Shown piece by piece: positions 50,876-61,519 of a stretch of DNA of 64,000 bases. How positions within the stretch are numbered: the first letter of the stretch is position 1; each line of letters begins with the position of its first letter. The notes beneath the pieces were generated by a model that worked only from the letters and a program-made list of their open reading frames with translations, was not told the origin of the DNA and did no database searches. The translations under genes and the position numbers were made by a program. The DNA is from an uncultured virus (IMG/VR IMGVR_UViG_3300008259_000056) (lineage: Duplodnaviria; Heunggongvirae; Uroviricota; Caudoviricetes): the IMG/VR virus record IMGVR_UViG_3300008259_000056. One strand, written 5' to 3'.

Positions 50876-52294
50876 ATGAAACCAAATATTAACCACAACA
50901 AATTGCGTAAGTTTATTAATTTATTAGTTGAGCAGGATGGCTCTGATGATGTATATCGTATATCACCTGAAGAATACTTAGAACTATTAAAACTTTCTGA
51001 CAATAGTCCTGGTGTTACTAGAATTAAAAAGTTCGGAGGTAAACCACTTTATATCACAGGTGACTTAGATGTTAGAGGATTACCAATAAAAACACTAGGT
51101 AATGTTGCTTATGTGGATGGTAGATTGGATATAAGTAACACAAAGATTTCTGAACTACCTGATGGTATTGCCAAAGGATACATTTGGGATAGTGGAACGC
51201 CAAGAGAATCCAAACGACTTATTAAACAAGACCAAAAATGGTTGGAAGAAAACCAAGAAAGGAAAGAAAGTGGTGAATGGGAAATAGGTGAAAGTGATGA
51301 AGCAAATAAAGTTAACGCTCTATTTAAATGGTTAGTTGGTTCTGGAGAAATTGAAACATTAGATGATAATGAAAGGGAAGAATTGGTTGAGTTAAAAAAG
51401 AAATACGAAAGAATTGAGAAGGAATATAATGAGACCGAGGATGATGAAGAAGAGAGTGAATTATACGATAAATTAAACGAATTGGAGGGAGACATTGAGG
51501 GACTTGAAGAAAGAAATAATGATTTATATAATACAATTGTTCCTTATGGGAAACATTATGGTTTAGATGACTTCAATATAATACCATTAAGAACTAGAAG
51601 TAATTATGTTGAATATACCGTGGCAACAGAAGATGAAATGGATGAAGCTCTTGAAGAATATTATAAGGGTCGTTTAGAAGATGATGGTGTGGGTTCGTTT
51701 AATAAATGGGTTATTGAAGATTGTCTTGATGAGGATTATATTGTTGAAATGGCTGAGGAAGATTATAATCGTGATGTATGGGATAATCCCGAATCTTATT
51801 TTGATGGTGATGATTATGAATTAAGTGATGAGCAAGAAAAGAGAATTAATGAACTTAATGATTACATCAAAAGTTTGGAAGAATATATTGAAAGAATGGA
51901 AAACAGACAATCTGAGTTAGATTCTGAAATTGAGGAACCCGATGAATACTCTAAAGCCTATGATGAGGTTCAAGGTATGATTGATGACGCTGAGGAAAAG
52001 AAATCTAACGCTGAAGATGAGATTGAAAGTATTAATGACTCGGCTAAAGAAGTTACCCAAGATATGGTTGATAATAAAGTTGACGAATTAGTTAACAGAG
52101 TTAGACGAGACCCATTAGATTATCTTAAAGAATTAGGATATAGTGATAAAGATATAATAAGATTTGTTGATAATGATTGTATACTTAAAACACTTATAAA
52201 AGACGGTGACTATGGTGATATTAATGGATATGATGGTCAATATGACACCTATCGTATTGATGGTCAAGAATATTATATTATGAGAATTAGTTAA
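50876..52294 (+). CDS. Very acidic coiled-coil protein with short LRR-like segment
   Basis: GDLDVRGLPIKTLGNVAYVDGRLDISNTKISELP; LLVEQ; TATTTAT box overlaps ATG 50870, so 50876 preferred. Confidence 0.6.
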   Translation: MKPNINHNKLRKFINLLVEQDGSDDVYRISPEEYLELLKLSDNSPGVTRIKKFGGKPLYITGDLDVRGLPIKTLGNVAYVDGRLDISNTKISELPDGIAKGYIWDSGTPRESKRLIKQDQKWLEENQERKESGEWEIGESDEANKVNALFKWLVGSGEIETLDDNEREELVELKKKYERIEKEYNETEDDEEESELYDKLNELEGDIEGLEERNNDLYNTIVPYGKHYGLDDFNIIPLRTRSNYVEYTVATEDEMDEALEEYYKGRLEDDGVGSFNKWVIEDCLDEDYIVEMAEEDYNRDVWDNPESYFDGDDYELSDEQEKRINELNDYIKSLEEYIERMENRQSELDSEIEEPDEYSKAYDEVQGMIDDAEEKKSNAEDEIESINDSAKEVTQDMVDNKVDELVNRVRRDPLDYLKELGYSDKDIIRFVDNDCILKTLIKDGDYGDINGYDGQYDTYRIDGQEYYIMRIS

Positions 52295-52331
52295 TCTACC
52301 AATTTATGATAATTTTACTTATACTTATGTT

Positions 52332-53111
52332 ATGTCAACAAAAAAACCAAAAAAGAAATTTGATTTTATCATGGATACCGACTGGTTATTCCATGGAGTG
52401 TTAGATGCGGAGCAGAAACAATACGTCCTTTTAAATTATTTCCAAAAGTTAAATAAGTATTTTGAAGAGATGAAGATTTACCCAATGTTTATTGAGTTGT
52501 CTTTGCATTTAGGTAATATTCAGACATTAATAAATTCCAATAAAATCCTTTATACTGAAAAGAAATTCTCAACTAATGATGATGAATTGTTATTATCGGA
52601 CTTAAAAGTTAAAGACATACCAGTGTTAGCCACTGAAGAAGTTGATGAATATAAAAAGATTTTAAAAAATTCACAGCCACAACTTTACGACTACTTCAAT
52701 TTTGCGAAGTCATTATGGACTGTGGTTTATGATTCAATTGATATTAAAGTCAAGAAAAATAGGAATAGTATAAAATCTAAATCAGGGTTTTTTTATTATA
52801 AAAATAATGAAGGGGTTTTATATGTGTGGCAATATACAACAAAAAAAGTTTATAAAACTGAAAATCAAACTAAAACTCATTTAAAACAAATCTATAAAAG
52901 TGAAGAAAACGACTTGACAGTTGATAAAATTATTTCTATGTTTTCTAAAACATATGAAAAAAATGATGAGAAGACGTATCCAATAATTGAAGTTAGTTGT
53001 AGTAGTATTTTTCCTTTAAAAGAAACTTTACTACCTATCTTTAAAAGGAAGATATTATCTCACATTAATCAATATAAAGTTGCAAAAGTAGAAACTAAAA
53101 CTTTGTCCTAA
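52332..53111 (+). CDS. Hypothetical protein
   Basis: 259 aa ORF. Confidence 0.6.
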   Translation: MSTKKPKKKFDFIMDTDWLFHGVLDAEQKQYVLLNYFQKLNKYFEEMKIYPMFIELSLHLGNIQTLINSNKILYTEKKFSTNDDELLLSDLKVKDIPVLATEEVDEYKKILKNSQPQLYDYFNFAKSLWTVVYDSIDIKVKKNRNSIKSKSGFFYYKNNEGVLYVWQYTTKKVYKTENQTKTHLKQIYKSEENDLTVDKIISMFSKTYEKNDEKTYPIIEVSCSSIFPLKETLLPIFKRKILSHINQYKVAKVETKTLS

Positions 53112-53302
53112 TGGGTTTTAATAAGAGAATTTTAAGTAAAGAAAACATCATAAGTAACATTGACAATCTTACCAATTATTTGGGTAATCCTGATGCGGTA
53201 TTTATGACGGATGATTTTTCAAAGGAAGTATATCATATGTTTACCGAAGGTAAATCTGAAGAAGAAATAATAAACTACATTAATAATAATCATGAAAGTT
53301 AA
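53111..53302 (+). CDS. Small hypothetical protein
   Basis: 63 aa, TAATG coupling. Confidence 0.55.
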   Translation: MGFNKRILSKENIISNIDNLTNYLGNPDAVFMTDDFSKEVYHMFTEGKSEEEIINYINNNHES

Positions 53303-54665
53303 ATTAGAATATGTGTGGCTTGATGGGTACACACCAGAACCAAATCTAAGAAGTAAAGTTAAAATTGTTAGTCATGACGATATAAGTGAGGCGTTTTTAA
53401 CAGGTAAATTTCCTGAATGGAATTTTGATGGTTCATCAACTAATCAAGCTGAAACAGGTGATTCTGATTGTATTTTAAAACCTGTAAGACATTATACGAC
53501 TGATAGGTTATCTACGGTATATGTTTTGTGTGAAGTAATGAATTCTGACGGAACTCCACATCAATCTAATACAAGAGCTAAAATAACAGAAGATGATAAT
53601 GGAATGTGGTTTGGGTTTGAACAAGAATATTTTATTCGTGAAGGTAAAAACATGCCAGTGTTGGGTCATAGTGGAAGACATAGTAATCAACAAGGTGAGT
53701 TTTATTGTGGTGTTGGTGCAAATGTTGTTGGTAGAGAATTTGTGGAGAAACATACCAACATGTGTTTAAATTATGGTATTAATATTACGGGAACAAATGC
53801 TGAGGTTGCATTAGGACAGTGGGAATATCAAGTCTTTTCAAAAGGTAAGATGAAAGGTGGTGATGACCTTTGGATGACAAGATATTTCTTACATAAAATT
53901 TCTGAAGAATATGGATATGAGATTGAACTACACCCAAAACCTATCCAACACGGAGAATGGAATGGGTCGGGATTACATACCAATTTCTCAACAGAATATA
54001 TGAGAGAAGTTGGGGGTGAAGAATATTTTCAATCTTTATTTTCAAGTTTTGAGGCAAGACACTATGAACACATCAAAAATTATGGGTCGTCTAATGAACT
54101 TAGATTAACTGGTAAGTTTGAAACACAATCAATTGATAAGTTTAGTTGGGGTGTATCAGACAGAGGAGCATCAATTAGAATTCCACAATCAACCGCAAAA
54201 GAATGGAAAGGTTATATTGAAGATAGACGACCAGCTTCAAATGCTGACCCATACAAAATTATTCATCAGATAGATTTATCCATTAATAATGCTGAAACTA
54301 TATTTGATATGAAGCATAAAATGAATTATGTCGTAAAAGATTATGAGGTCTTAAAACAACATTTAAATGGGGTATTGAGTAATGATGAGTTATTGAAAGA
54401 ATATAGAGATGATGAGGAGTATGAAATTGACTCTGAAACTATGGATGGGTCCAATATAGACACAGAAAAAATTAATTTTAACGCTACGTTTGGAAAAGAA
54501 GGTCCCACAAAAATACCAAAAGAGATTTTAGAAAAAATGATGAACGCGGACAGAATTAAAGATATGGTTACCAAAAATAAAATTGTTGAAGATAGAATAT
54601 CCAAAAAAGAAGAATACGAGGACAAATTAAACCAAATGATTAAAAATTATAAGGAAAATAAATAA
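53292..54665 (+). CDS. glnII: Glutamine synthetase type II with C-terminal extension
   Basis: EYVWLDG, WNFDGSST, FGFEQEY, NAEV..GQWEYQ, WNGSGLHTNFS, RLTG..ET, RGASIRIP, EDRRPASNADPY. Confidence 0.92.
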   Translation: MKVKLEYVWLDGYTPEPNLRSKVKIVSHDDISEAFLTGKFPEWNFDGSSTNQAETGDSDCILKPVRHYTTDRLSTVYVLCEVMNSDGTPHQSNTRAKITEDDNGMWFGFEQEYFIREGKNMPVLGHSGRHSNQQGEFYCGVGANVVGREFVEKHTNMCLNYGINITGTNAEVALGQWEYQVFSKGKMKGGDDLWMTRYFLHKISEEYGYEIELHPKPIQHGEWNGSGLHTNFSTEYMREVGGEEYFQSLFSSFEARHYEHIKNYGSSNELRLTGKFETQSIDKFSWGVSDRGASIRIPQSTAKEWKGYIEDRRPASNADPYKIIHQIDLSINNAETIFDMKHKMNYVVKDYEVLKQHLNGVLSNDELLKEYRDDEEYEIDSETMDGSNIDTEKINFNATFGKEGPTKIPKEILEKMMNADRIKDMVTKNKIVEDRISKKEEYEDKLNQMIKNYKENK

Positions 54666-54666
54666 A

Positions 54667-55179
54667 ATGAGATTTTTTTTAATTGTTTTTTGTTTCATTA
54701 ACACCTTGATTGGGTTTTCTCAAATTAATAATAATATTGATGGGGTTAATGAATTCATCGGAAAACAAAAAAACATAAAATTGTTTGACGGACCATATCA
54801 AATAGATTCAGTCAATTATTTCCTTATCGGTACAATATCTAAAGATACTTTTTATTTTTTCTACAAATATAAAAACGGTGCGTTCAGATTAAATGACACA
54901 TATGAATATCAAGGTGTTGATGATTTAAATAAAAAGTTATCATTTTACCATATCAATAATGAAGTTGAGGTAAATAATACCATTTTTGAGAAAGTTGATG
55001 AATGGGCTTATAGAGACCAACTAATATTAATTGAACATAAAGAAAATCCTGATAAATTTGTTAAAGAAAAAGTAATTAAAGTACCTTACGCAAAAAGGGT
55101 TGGTGGTAAATGGATATATTTAAATTCACCAAGAATAATATGGTTAGATAAAAACGGAAAAGAAATAAAACGAGCATAA
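54667..55179 (+). CDS. Secreted-type hypothetical protein
   Basis: Signal peptide ending GFSQ (Gln after cleavage site, common in Bacteroidota). Confidence 0.55.
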   Translation: MRFFLIVFCFINTLIGFSQINNNIDGVNEFIGKQKNIKLFDGPYQIDSVNYFLIGTISKDTFYFFYKYKNGAFRLNDTYEYQGVDDLNKKLSFYHINNEVEVNNTIFEKVDEWAYRDQLILIEHKENPDKFVKEKVIKVPYAKRVGGKWIYLNSPRIIWLDKNGKEIKRA

Positions 55180-55180
55180 A

Positions 55181-55411
55181 ATGGAACAAAAAGAACAAGT
55201 TAACCACCCAGAACATTACGGAGGAAAAAATAATGAATATGAGGCCATCAAGGTGATAGATGCTTGGGACTTAGGTTTTAGTTTGGGTAATACTGTAAAG
55301 TATATCTCAAGGGCTGGTAAGAAAGAGTCTGATAAAGAATTACAGGACCTTAAGAAAGCTTTATGGTATTTACAACACCACATTGAACAATTGGAGAAGA
55401 AATCAAATTAA
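55181..55411 (+). CDS. DUF3310 (SaV-like) protein
   Basis: VNHPEHY, EAIKVI, GNTVKYISRAGKK, QDLKKALWYL. Confidence 0.85.
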   Translation: MEQKEQVNHPEHYGGKNNEYEAIKVIDAWDLGFSLGNTVKYISRAGKKESDKELQDLKKALWYLQHHIEQLEKKSN

Positions 55412-55941
55412 ATATATTCGGCTCTTAATTGAGGTAAAATTGTGTTAATAATGTTATCATAAACACCTGGTAGATAAACATCCTCGTACCACTGAAGTAA
55501 ATCTTCAATATCTCTAAATTTACTTGGTATCTCTCTACTAAGATAAAAGTCGGGTTGTTCTTCATTAGCCGCATGTAATCCATTAATATTTAATACATAG
55601 TATTCAACATTATATGGTAATATTGCCCTACCATCCCAATATGGTGTTGCGAGTATCATAATACCTTCAGTAAATTGTCTTCCATTATATTCAGTTCTAA
55701 TTGATGTTAAAGGGGTCCAACTAACGGTGCCCTCATAACTATCTGCGGATATAATAAATTCTTTATAACTGGTGGGAATCTCTTGATGACTTATAAGGTC
55801 AAGTAACACCTCGTATGATTCCGTAGGGTATAATGGGTATTTTGTGATAGTTAATATTTCGGTAATACTTAGACCAACCATTTTAGCGGCGTCCCAAATA
55901 CCAACTTTCTCAACCAACCTGAGCAAAGATTCTTTATTCAT
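55408..55941 (-). CDS. Hypothetical protein
   Basis: 177 aa; TATTTAT box just upstream on minus strand. Confidence 0.6.
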   Translation of the reverse strand: MNKESLLRLVEKVGIWDAAKMVGLSITEILTITKYPLYPTESYEVLLDLISHQEIPTSYKEFIISADSYEGTVSWTPLTSIRTEYNGRQFTEGIMILATPYWDGRAILPYNVEYYVLNINGLHAANEEQPDFYLSREIPSKFRDIEDLLQWYEDVYLPGVYDNIINTILPQLRAEYI

Positions 55942-56038
55942 ATTGATAAATATGTATAATATATATAACTGATATGGAAAATTACATCAATCGTTATATT
56001 TATGATTAAAGATAAATAAAACAATATCTCAATTATAG

Positions 56039-58960
56039 ATGGCTAACGAAAAATTAACTCAATTACCTTCATTATCCGCCGCGTCAGGTAATACCTTATT
56101 TTATGTGGTTGATGTCAGTGACCCAACGGATGACCCAACGGGTAGTTCCAAACAGATAACAAGAGATAATATATTAAAAAATATAACAGGATTAACCATT
56201 GATGGGGATGTCCAAATTACGGGTAATACCTATGTGACAGGTAAAACTGAAACTAACGGTATAACATCAACAGGTGGTGTTACATTCAAACAGGTTACGA
56301 TTAATAGTACATATTCTGCAACTACTCAGGATTATATGATTGACGTTACGGGTGGAACATTTACTGTTTATTTACCATCGGCAGTCGGAATACAAGGTAG
56401 GTTATTAGTTGTTAAAAACAATGGTGGTGGTGCGGTAACGGTACAACCAATTTCAGGTCAAGATATTGATGGTAAATCATTTGTGATTTTAGGTGAAACT
56501 AATACAATACAATTGGCAAGTAATGGGTCTAATTGGGTTGCGATTTCGTATAATATATCAACAGTTAACTCATCAACAGGTGTGTTCGAATTTACAGGTT
56601 TAACTATCGCGTCACCAACAACATTTACAGTTGCCCCTGTTAAGGGTTGGATTGTTGATGATACGACAAATCCATTAAGTCCCCAACTATATTATATTTA
56701 TTATAGTGGTGGAACTCATACCGCAACATATGTAACTACCGCAACTGAAACTTGGGTTTACTTAACAAGTGGTGGGACTATTAGTCAATCAAATATAGAG
56801 TTAACTGAAGAACAGAGAAGACAAAATATATTTTTAGGTAAATTAGGTCATGCTAATAAAACAAATATTATTAACGCTTTTAGTCAACCTGATTTTGTGT
56901 TATCACCATTATCCCAACTTAGGGATATGTTTACACCTATAAATCTTATAAATGGGGGGATATACGCATCACCTAATGGTGTTAATTTAAGTTTTAATAC
57001 AAGTGCTGGTTATCTATATGGTTTAGGTATTAATTTCGCAAATGACACATTAAGTCCTAACTCTATTTATGTATCAGGAACTAATCCTTGTACTTTCCAA
57101 TATAGAACACAAACAGGTGGTACTGCATCAAATACTACATTTATTGACCCAACAAATTATGATGTTGGTGGTGCTGTTACACCAATTTCGGGTACAAAGG
57201 CAACCAACCAAAGAATTTATTTGGTTCAGAACGGTATATTTAGGGTTCAATATGGTCAAACAGAATATCAACAGTTAACTGCAGCAATTGAAGGTATTGC
57301 AACAGAACAATTTAACACATTTAGTAATTTTACAAATAATGGAATTTTAATAGGTATATTATCTGTTTTAAGCACTGCGACTGATTTAAGTGATACGTCT
57401 AAAGCCCGATTCTTTTTCGCCTCAAAATTTGGTGAGACAGTTGGGTCCGCTGGTGGTGTGTCAACAACCAATTTACAACAAGCTTATAATAATTCAGTAA
57501 CACCTGAGATAACAACTAACTCAACGTTAGGACCTGTATCAATCAAGAATGGTTCGGGAACTGCCGATAACGTTACAAGTTTATTTGAGACGTTAAATTC
57601 AGGTGGAACTGTAACAATGTTTGTTAGGGCTGATGGTTCTATCAGTGCAAATACTATTACTGCAACCACGGTATCAGCAACAACGTACCAAAATTTACCT
57701 ATTGACCCTGACACATATGTTACAGGTTTTACTTACAATGATAATGAATTTGTGATAAAACAGAATAATGGCCAACCTGATTTAACTGTGGTAATTAATT
57801 CTGTTACAGGTTGGACTGTTAATGGTGATTTGAATGTTACAGGTAACACAACTTTAGATGGATTAACCGCAACCACGGTATCAGCAACAACGTACCAAAA
57901 TTTACCTATTGACCCCGATACTTATGTAACCGCATTTACTTATAATGACAATGTTTTCACAATTAGTCAAAATAATGGTCAACCTGATTTAACCGCACTT
58001 ATTAATACAGTGACAGGATGGACTGTTAATGGTGAATTAACCGTAACGGGAAATACAAGTTTACAAGCATTTACTGGAACATCAGGAACCATTAATGGTG
58101 ATTTAACGGTTACAGGAAACACAACAGTTAGAGGAAATTTAGTCGTTAGTGGTAATACTGGTGTCAATTGGTTTAGCTCCAACACATCCTCAGACTTAGT
58201 TAGGATTACACAAACAGGTTCAGGTAATGCCTTTGTTGTTGAAGATTTGACAAATCCAGATTCTACGCCATTTGTAATTGACAGTTCAGGTAATGTTGCG
58301 ATTGGTAAAACAAGTGTAACTAGTGGAACTTTGGTGGATTTAGAAGTTGCTGGAAAAACAATAGGAATAAATATCGGTAATTCAAATACCAGTTTTATGG
58401 CGGGAACAGGTATTTTTTCTTATGGTAATGGAATTGGAATTAATGGTGTAGGTAGAGATGATTTTGGAACTGTTGTTGGTATTAAAGGTGAATCCGTATT
58501 TGATATTTCCGCTGACCCATCAGCCACATATTATGGTGGTGAATTTATATCATCAGGTCAAGGAGGTAGAGATTATGCTGTTAGATTGTCAGATGGGACA
58601 GAGGGTGTTGGTAAGTTTTTATATTCTGTTGATGCTAATGGTTCGGCGAATTGGACAAGTCAATTAAGCGGGACATCGGCAACAATAAATGGTCCTTTAA
58701 CCGTAACAGGAAATACTACATTACGAGCAACAACTGCTAGCACATTAAATGTTACGGGTAATACAATCGTTGATGGTACGATAAGTGGTGGAACTATGGT
58801 AATCACGACAACACCAACAAATGAAAATACTAACACTCAAATTTTATCTAGAAACCCAACAACAGGAGCCATTGAATATGTTGATGCTTCAAGCACACCA
58901 ATAGGTACTTATAATTATGGGATATCATATACTATGTTCACAGGTAATTATATGGTATAA
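56039..58960 (+). CDS. Tail fibre-like protein
   Basis: N-term KLTQLP; T/G/N-rich NGDLTVTGNT beta-repeats; internal 69-aa duplication. Confidence 0.65.
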   Translation: MANEKLTQLPSLSAASGNTLFYVVDVSDPTDDPTGSSKQITRDNILKNITGLTIDGDVQITGNTYVTGKTETNGITSTGGVTFKQVTINSTYSATTQDYMIDVTGGTFTVYLPSAVGIQGRLLVVKNNGGGAVTVQPISGQDIDGKSFVILGETNTIQLASNGSNWVAISYNISTVNSSTGVFEFTGLTIASPTTFTVAPVKGWIVDDTTNPLSPQLYYIYYSGGTHTATYVTTATETWVYLTSGGTISQSNIELTEEQRRQNIFLGKLGHANKTNIINAFSQPDFVLSPLSQLRDMFTPINLINGGIYASPNGVNLSFNTSAGYLYGLGINFANDTLSPNSIYVSGTNPCTFQYRTQTGGTASNTTFIDPTNYDVGGAVTPISGTKATNQRIYLVQNGIFRVQYGQTEYQQLTAAIEGIATEQFNTFSNFTNNGILIGILSVLSTATDLSDTSKARFFFASKFGETVGSAGGVSTTNLQQAYNNSVTPEITTNSTLGPVSIKNGSGTADNVTSLFETLNSGGTVTMFVRADGSISANTITATTVSATTYQNLPIDPDTYVTGFTYNDNEFVIKQNNGQPDLTVVINSVTGWTVNGDLNVTGNTTLDGLTATTVSATTYQNLPIDPDTYVTAFTYNDNVFTISQNNGQPDLTALINTVTGWTVNGELTVTGNTSLQAFTGTSGTINGDLTVTGNTTVRGNLVVSGNTGVNWFSSNTSSDLVRITQTGSGNAFVVEDLTNPDSTPFVIDSSGNVAIGKTSVTSGTLVDLEVAGKTIGINIGNSNTSFMAGTGIFSYGNGIGINGVGRDDFGTVVGIKGESVFDISADPSATYYGGEFISSGQGGRDYAVRLSDGTEGVGKFLYSVDANGSANWTSQLSGTSATINGPLTVTGNTTLRATTASTLNVTGNTIVDGTISGGTMVITTTPTNENTNTQILSRNPTTGAIEYVDASSTPIGTYNYGISYTMFTGNYMV
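57662..58075 (+). repeat. 207-nt tandem duplication in tail fibre gene
   Basis: ATTVSATTYQNLPIDPDTYVT..TYNDN.F.I.QNNGQPDLT..IN.VTGWTVNG occurs twice. Confidence 0.9.
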
Positions 58961-58987
58961 ATAATAAATAAAAATTAAAAATTAAAT

Positions 58988-59407
58988 ATGGGAACATCAT
59001 TAAATACACAACCAATTTTTACCGCATCAGCGGATACCCAATGGTCGGTTTCTGCGGTTACGGCAAATACAACTAAAGATTTAACATCAGGGACGATATC
59101 ATTAGTTTTTACCGCAGGGTCTAATGGGGGGTATGTTCAAAGACTGAGATTTAGGGCTTTAGGTACAAATGTAGCAACAGTTGCAAGAGTTTTTATAAAT
59201 AATGGCGCAACAACCGCAACTGCATCAAATAATGCATTGTGGGATGAAATTTCATTAGCCGCAACAACATTGTCTGAAACATCTGCACTCTCAACATACG
59301 AAATACCGTTGAACTTTGCATTACCTGCGGGATATAGACTGTATGTAACACTTGGAACTGCGGTGGCAGCTGGTTACACGATAACTTGTATTGGTGGTAA
59401 ATATTAA
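58988..59407 (+). CDS. Small beta-rich virion/tail accessory protein
   Basis: 139 aa T/A/G-rich ORF between fibre and Gly-rich genes. Confidence 0.55.
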   Translation: MGTSLNTQPIFTASADTQWSVSAVTANTTKDLTSGTISLVFTAGSNGGYVQRLRFRALGTNVATVARVFINNGATTATASNNALWDEISLAATTLSETSALSTYEIPLNFALPAGYRLYVTLGTAVAAGYTITCIGGKY

Positions 59408-59412
59408 AAAAT

Positions 59413-59586
59413 ATGGAGTATTATTTATGTGAATTTGAATATGGTTATGAGGGTCAATTCTATCAAGTTGTTGACAATGGTAACGTTATAGATTATGTTG
59501 ATTTAAATAATAATCAATTAATACTTGAAGGTTCTTATGGGTATAATATAATTAATACCGAGACTGTAATTCCTTCTTGGGTTTAA
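59413..59586 (+). CDS. 57-aa Tyr-rich ORF (not in ORF track)
   Basis: MEYYLCEFEYGYEGQFYQ...PSWV fills the gap exactly. Confidence 0.6.
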   Translation: MEYYLCEFEYGYEGQFYQVVDNGNVIDYVDLNNNQLILEGSYGYNIINTETVIPSWV

Positions 59587-59598
59587 AATTAAATAAAA

Positions 59599-60519
59599 AT
59601 GATTGATACGTTTCATTTATCAAATAGTGATTTAAATAATCAAGTCTTCTACACCAATGGAGGAAGTAATTCTTGGCAAATTTGGCAGAAACCAAGTAAT
59701 GCTAAAATGGTTAGTTTTTTAGTTATTGGTGGTGGTGGAGGAGGTGGTTCAGGCCAATCAGGAACTGGTTCTACAACACGTAGAAGTGGTGGTGGTGGTG
59801 GTTCATCTTCAGTTACTTTAGGTATGTTTTCGGCATCACAGATACCTGATACTTTATTTATTCAGGTTGGTCCTGGAGGTATTCCAGGTTCAGGAACTAC
59901 AGGGAGTAATGGTGGTTCTGGCGGTCTTTCATATGTGTCAGTACAACCAAATACTACCGCAATAAATATATTATTACAAAGTGGGGCGGCCGCTGCTGGT
60001 GGTGGAAACTCAGGAACAAATGCGGGAACTGCTGGCTCAGCGGGAACATCTTGGGCTGGAAGTGTTTTGAGTGATTTAGGTTTAGTCACATCAATTGGTG
60101 GCCAATCAGGAGGTGCAGGAACAACGACTACGGCCCCAACAAATATTTCTATAGCGGGTATAACTACGGGTGGGGCTGCTGGTGGAGGAACAAACTTAGG
60201 TTCAGTCTTTAACGGTGCAGATATTAATGGCTCAGGATTTTGTCCAACAATCTCAGGTGGCACAGGAAACGTCAATTTAAATGGAACTGATGGGTCAGGT
60301 GGTTTTATATCGTTAAATCCATCAATAAACGGAATAACATCATTACCATTATTTTTTACAGGAGGTGCAGGCGGTGGTGCATCAAACAATAACACAGGAG
60401 GGTCAGGTGGTGCTGGTGGATACGGCTCAGGTGGCGGAGGTGGTGGTGTTGGTGTAACCAATAACTCAGGCCCTGGAGGTCGTGGTGGTGATGGTATTGT
60501 GATAGTAACTTGTTATTAA
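59599..60519 (+). CDS. Glycine-rich tail-associated protein
   Basis: WQIWQKP...VIGGGGGGGSG ... GGRGGDGIVIVTCY. Confidence 0.75.
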   Translation: MIDTFHLSNSDLNNQVFYTNGGSNSWQIWQKPSNAKMVSFLVIGGGGGGGSGQSGTGSTTRRSGGGGGSSSVTLGMFSASQIPDTLFIQVGPGGIPGSGTTGSNGGSGGLSYVSVQPNTTAINILLQSGAAAAGGGNSGTNAGTAGSAGTSWAGSVLSDLGLVTSIGGQSGGAGTTTTAPTNISIAGITTGGAAGGGTNLGSVFNGADINGSGFCPTISGGTGNVNLNGTDGSGGFISLNPSINGITSLPLFFTGGAGGGASNNNTGGSGGAGGYGSGGGGGGVGVTNNSGPGGRGGDGIVIVTCY

Positions 60520-60523
60520 TTAT

Positions 60524-61468
60524 ATGGATATATTAAATTTACCAAATAAATCACTTTACCACAAAGTGTTTTACGCAACTACAAGTACTAATTGGCAAAC
60601 TTGGACAAAACCATCTAACATTAATTTTGTTTATATGTATGTTATTGGTGCTGGCGGTGCTGGTGGTGGAGGTAGAACAGGTGGTAACAACTCAGGAGGA
60701 GGAGGTGGTGGTGGTGCATCATCATCTATTACCGTGGCTTTATACCCCGCATTTTTATTACCCGATACATTATATATTAGTGTTGGGATAGGTTCTAATG
60801 GGGCCGCAGCGGGTACTGGGGCGGCATCGGGTGTATTATCTTATGTATCAATCAGGTCTAGTACATCACCAATATTTATTGTTGCTCAAAGTGGAGACGC
60901 CGCTGCGGGTGGTGGTGGTGGAGGTACCAACTCAGTTTCAGGTTCAGGAGTTGGTGGAACTGCTGGAACTAGATGGACATACACTAATTACCCTTTGGCG
61001 AATATGGGTATGATTACCTCTGTAAATGGACAAGGAGGTGGTGCTGGTGGTGCTAATACACCAACAGATGGAACGAGCATTACACCATCATTACCTGTTA
61101 CAGGTGGTGCTGGTGGAGGTGGTGTTAGTATATCAGGTGCCAACACAAGAGCAGGTGGTGACATTATAGGTAGTGGTTTTTTACCTAGTATTTTAGGTGG
61201 TAATGCTGATGGGTCAACAGCTGCACTTATTGGAGGTAAGAGTGGGTTTAATGGGATTAACCCAACAACAGAATCTTACTTAAACTTACCTATGGTATAT
61301 ACGGGTGGTTCAGGTGGTGGTTCTAAAGGTGTTAGTGCAGCGGTCGGAGGTATTGGTGGACGAGGTTCTTATGGTTCAGGTGGTGGTGGAGGTGGTGCTT
61401 CATATGCATCAACAGGAGGAAGTGGTGGACGAGGTGGTGACGGTCTTGTTCTGATTTCTTGTTGGTAA
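60524..61468 (+). CDS. Glycine-rich tail-associated protein (tandem paralogue)
   Basis: WQTWTKP...VIGAGGAGGGG ... GGRGGDGLVLISCW. Confidence 0.75.
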   Translation: MDILNLPNKSLYHKVFYATTSTNWQTWTKPSNINFVYMYVIGAGGAGGGGRTGGNNSGGGGGGGASSSITVALYPAFLLPDTLYISVGIGSNGAAAGTGAASGVLSYVSIRSSTSPIFIVAQSGDAAAGGGGGGTNSVSGSGVGGTAGTRWTYTNYPLANMGMITSVNGQGGGAGGANTPTDGTSITPSLPVTGGAGGGGVSISGANTRAGGDIIGSGFLPSILGGNADGSTAALIGGKSGFNGINPTTESYLNLPMVYTGGSGGGSKGVSAAVGGIGGRGSYGSGGGGGGASYASTGGSGGRGGDGLVLISCW

Positions 61469-61519
61469 AATCTATTTGATTTATTGGTTTATAATTATTA
61501 TTCTTTAAAAAAAAGAGTA

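Noticed and set aside
59862..60461. 199-aa Pro-rich minus-strand ORF
   Set aside because: Antisense shadow of the Gly-rich gene
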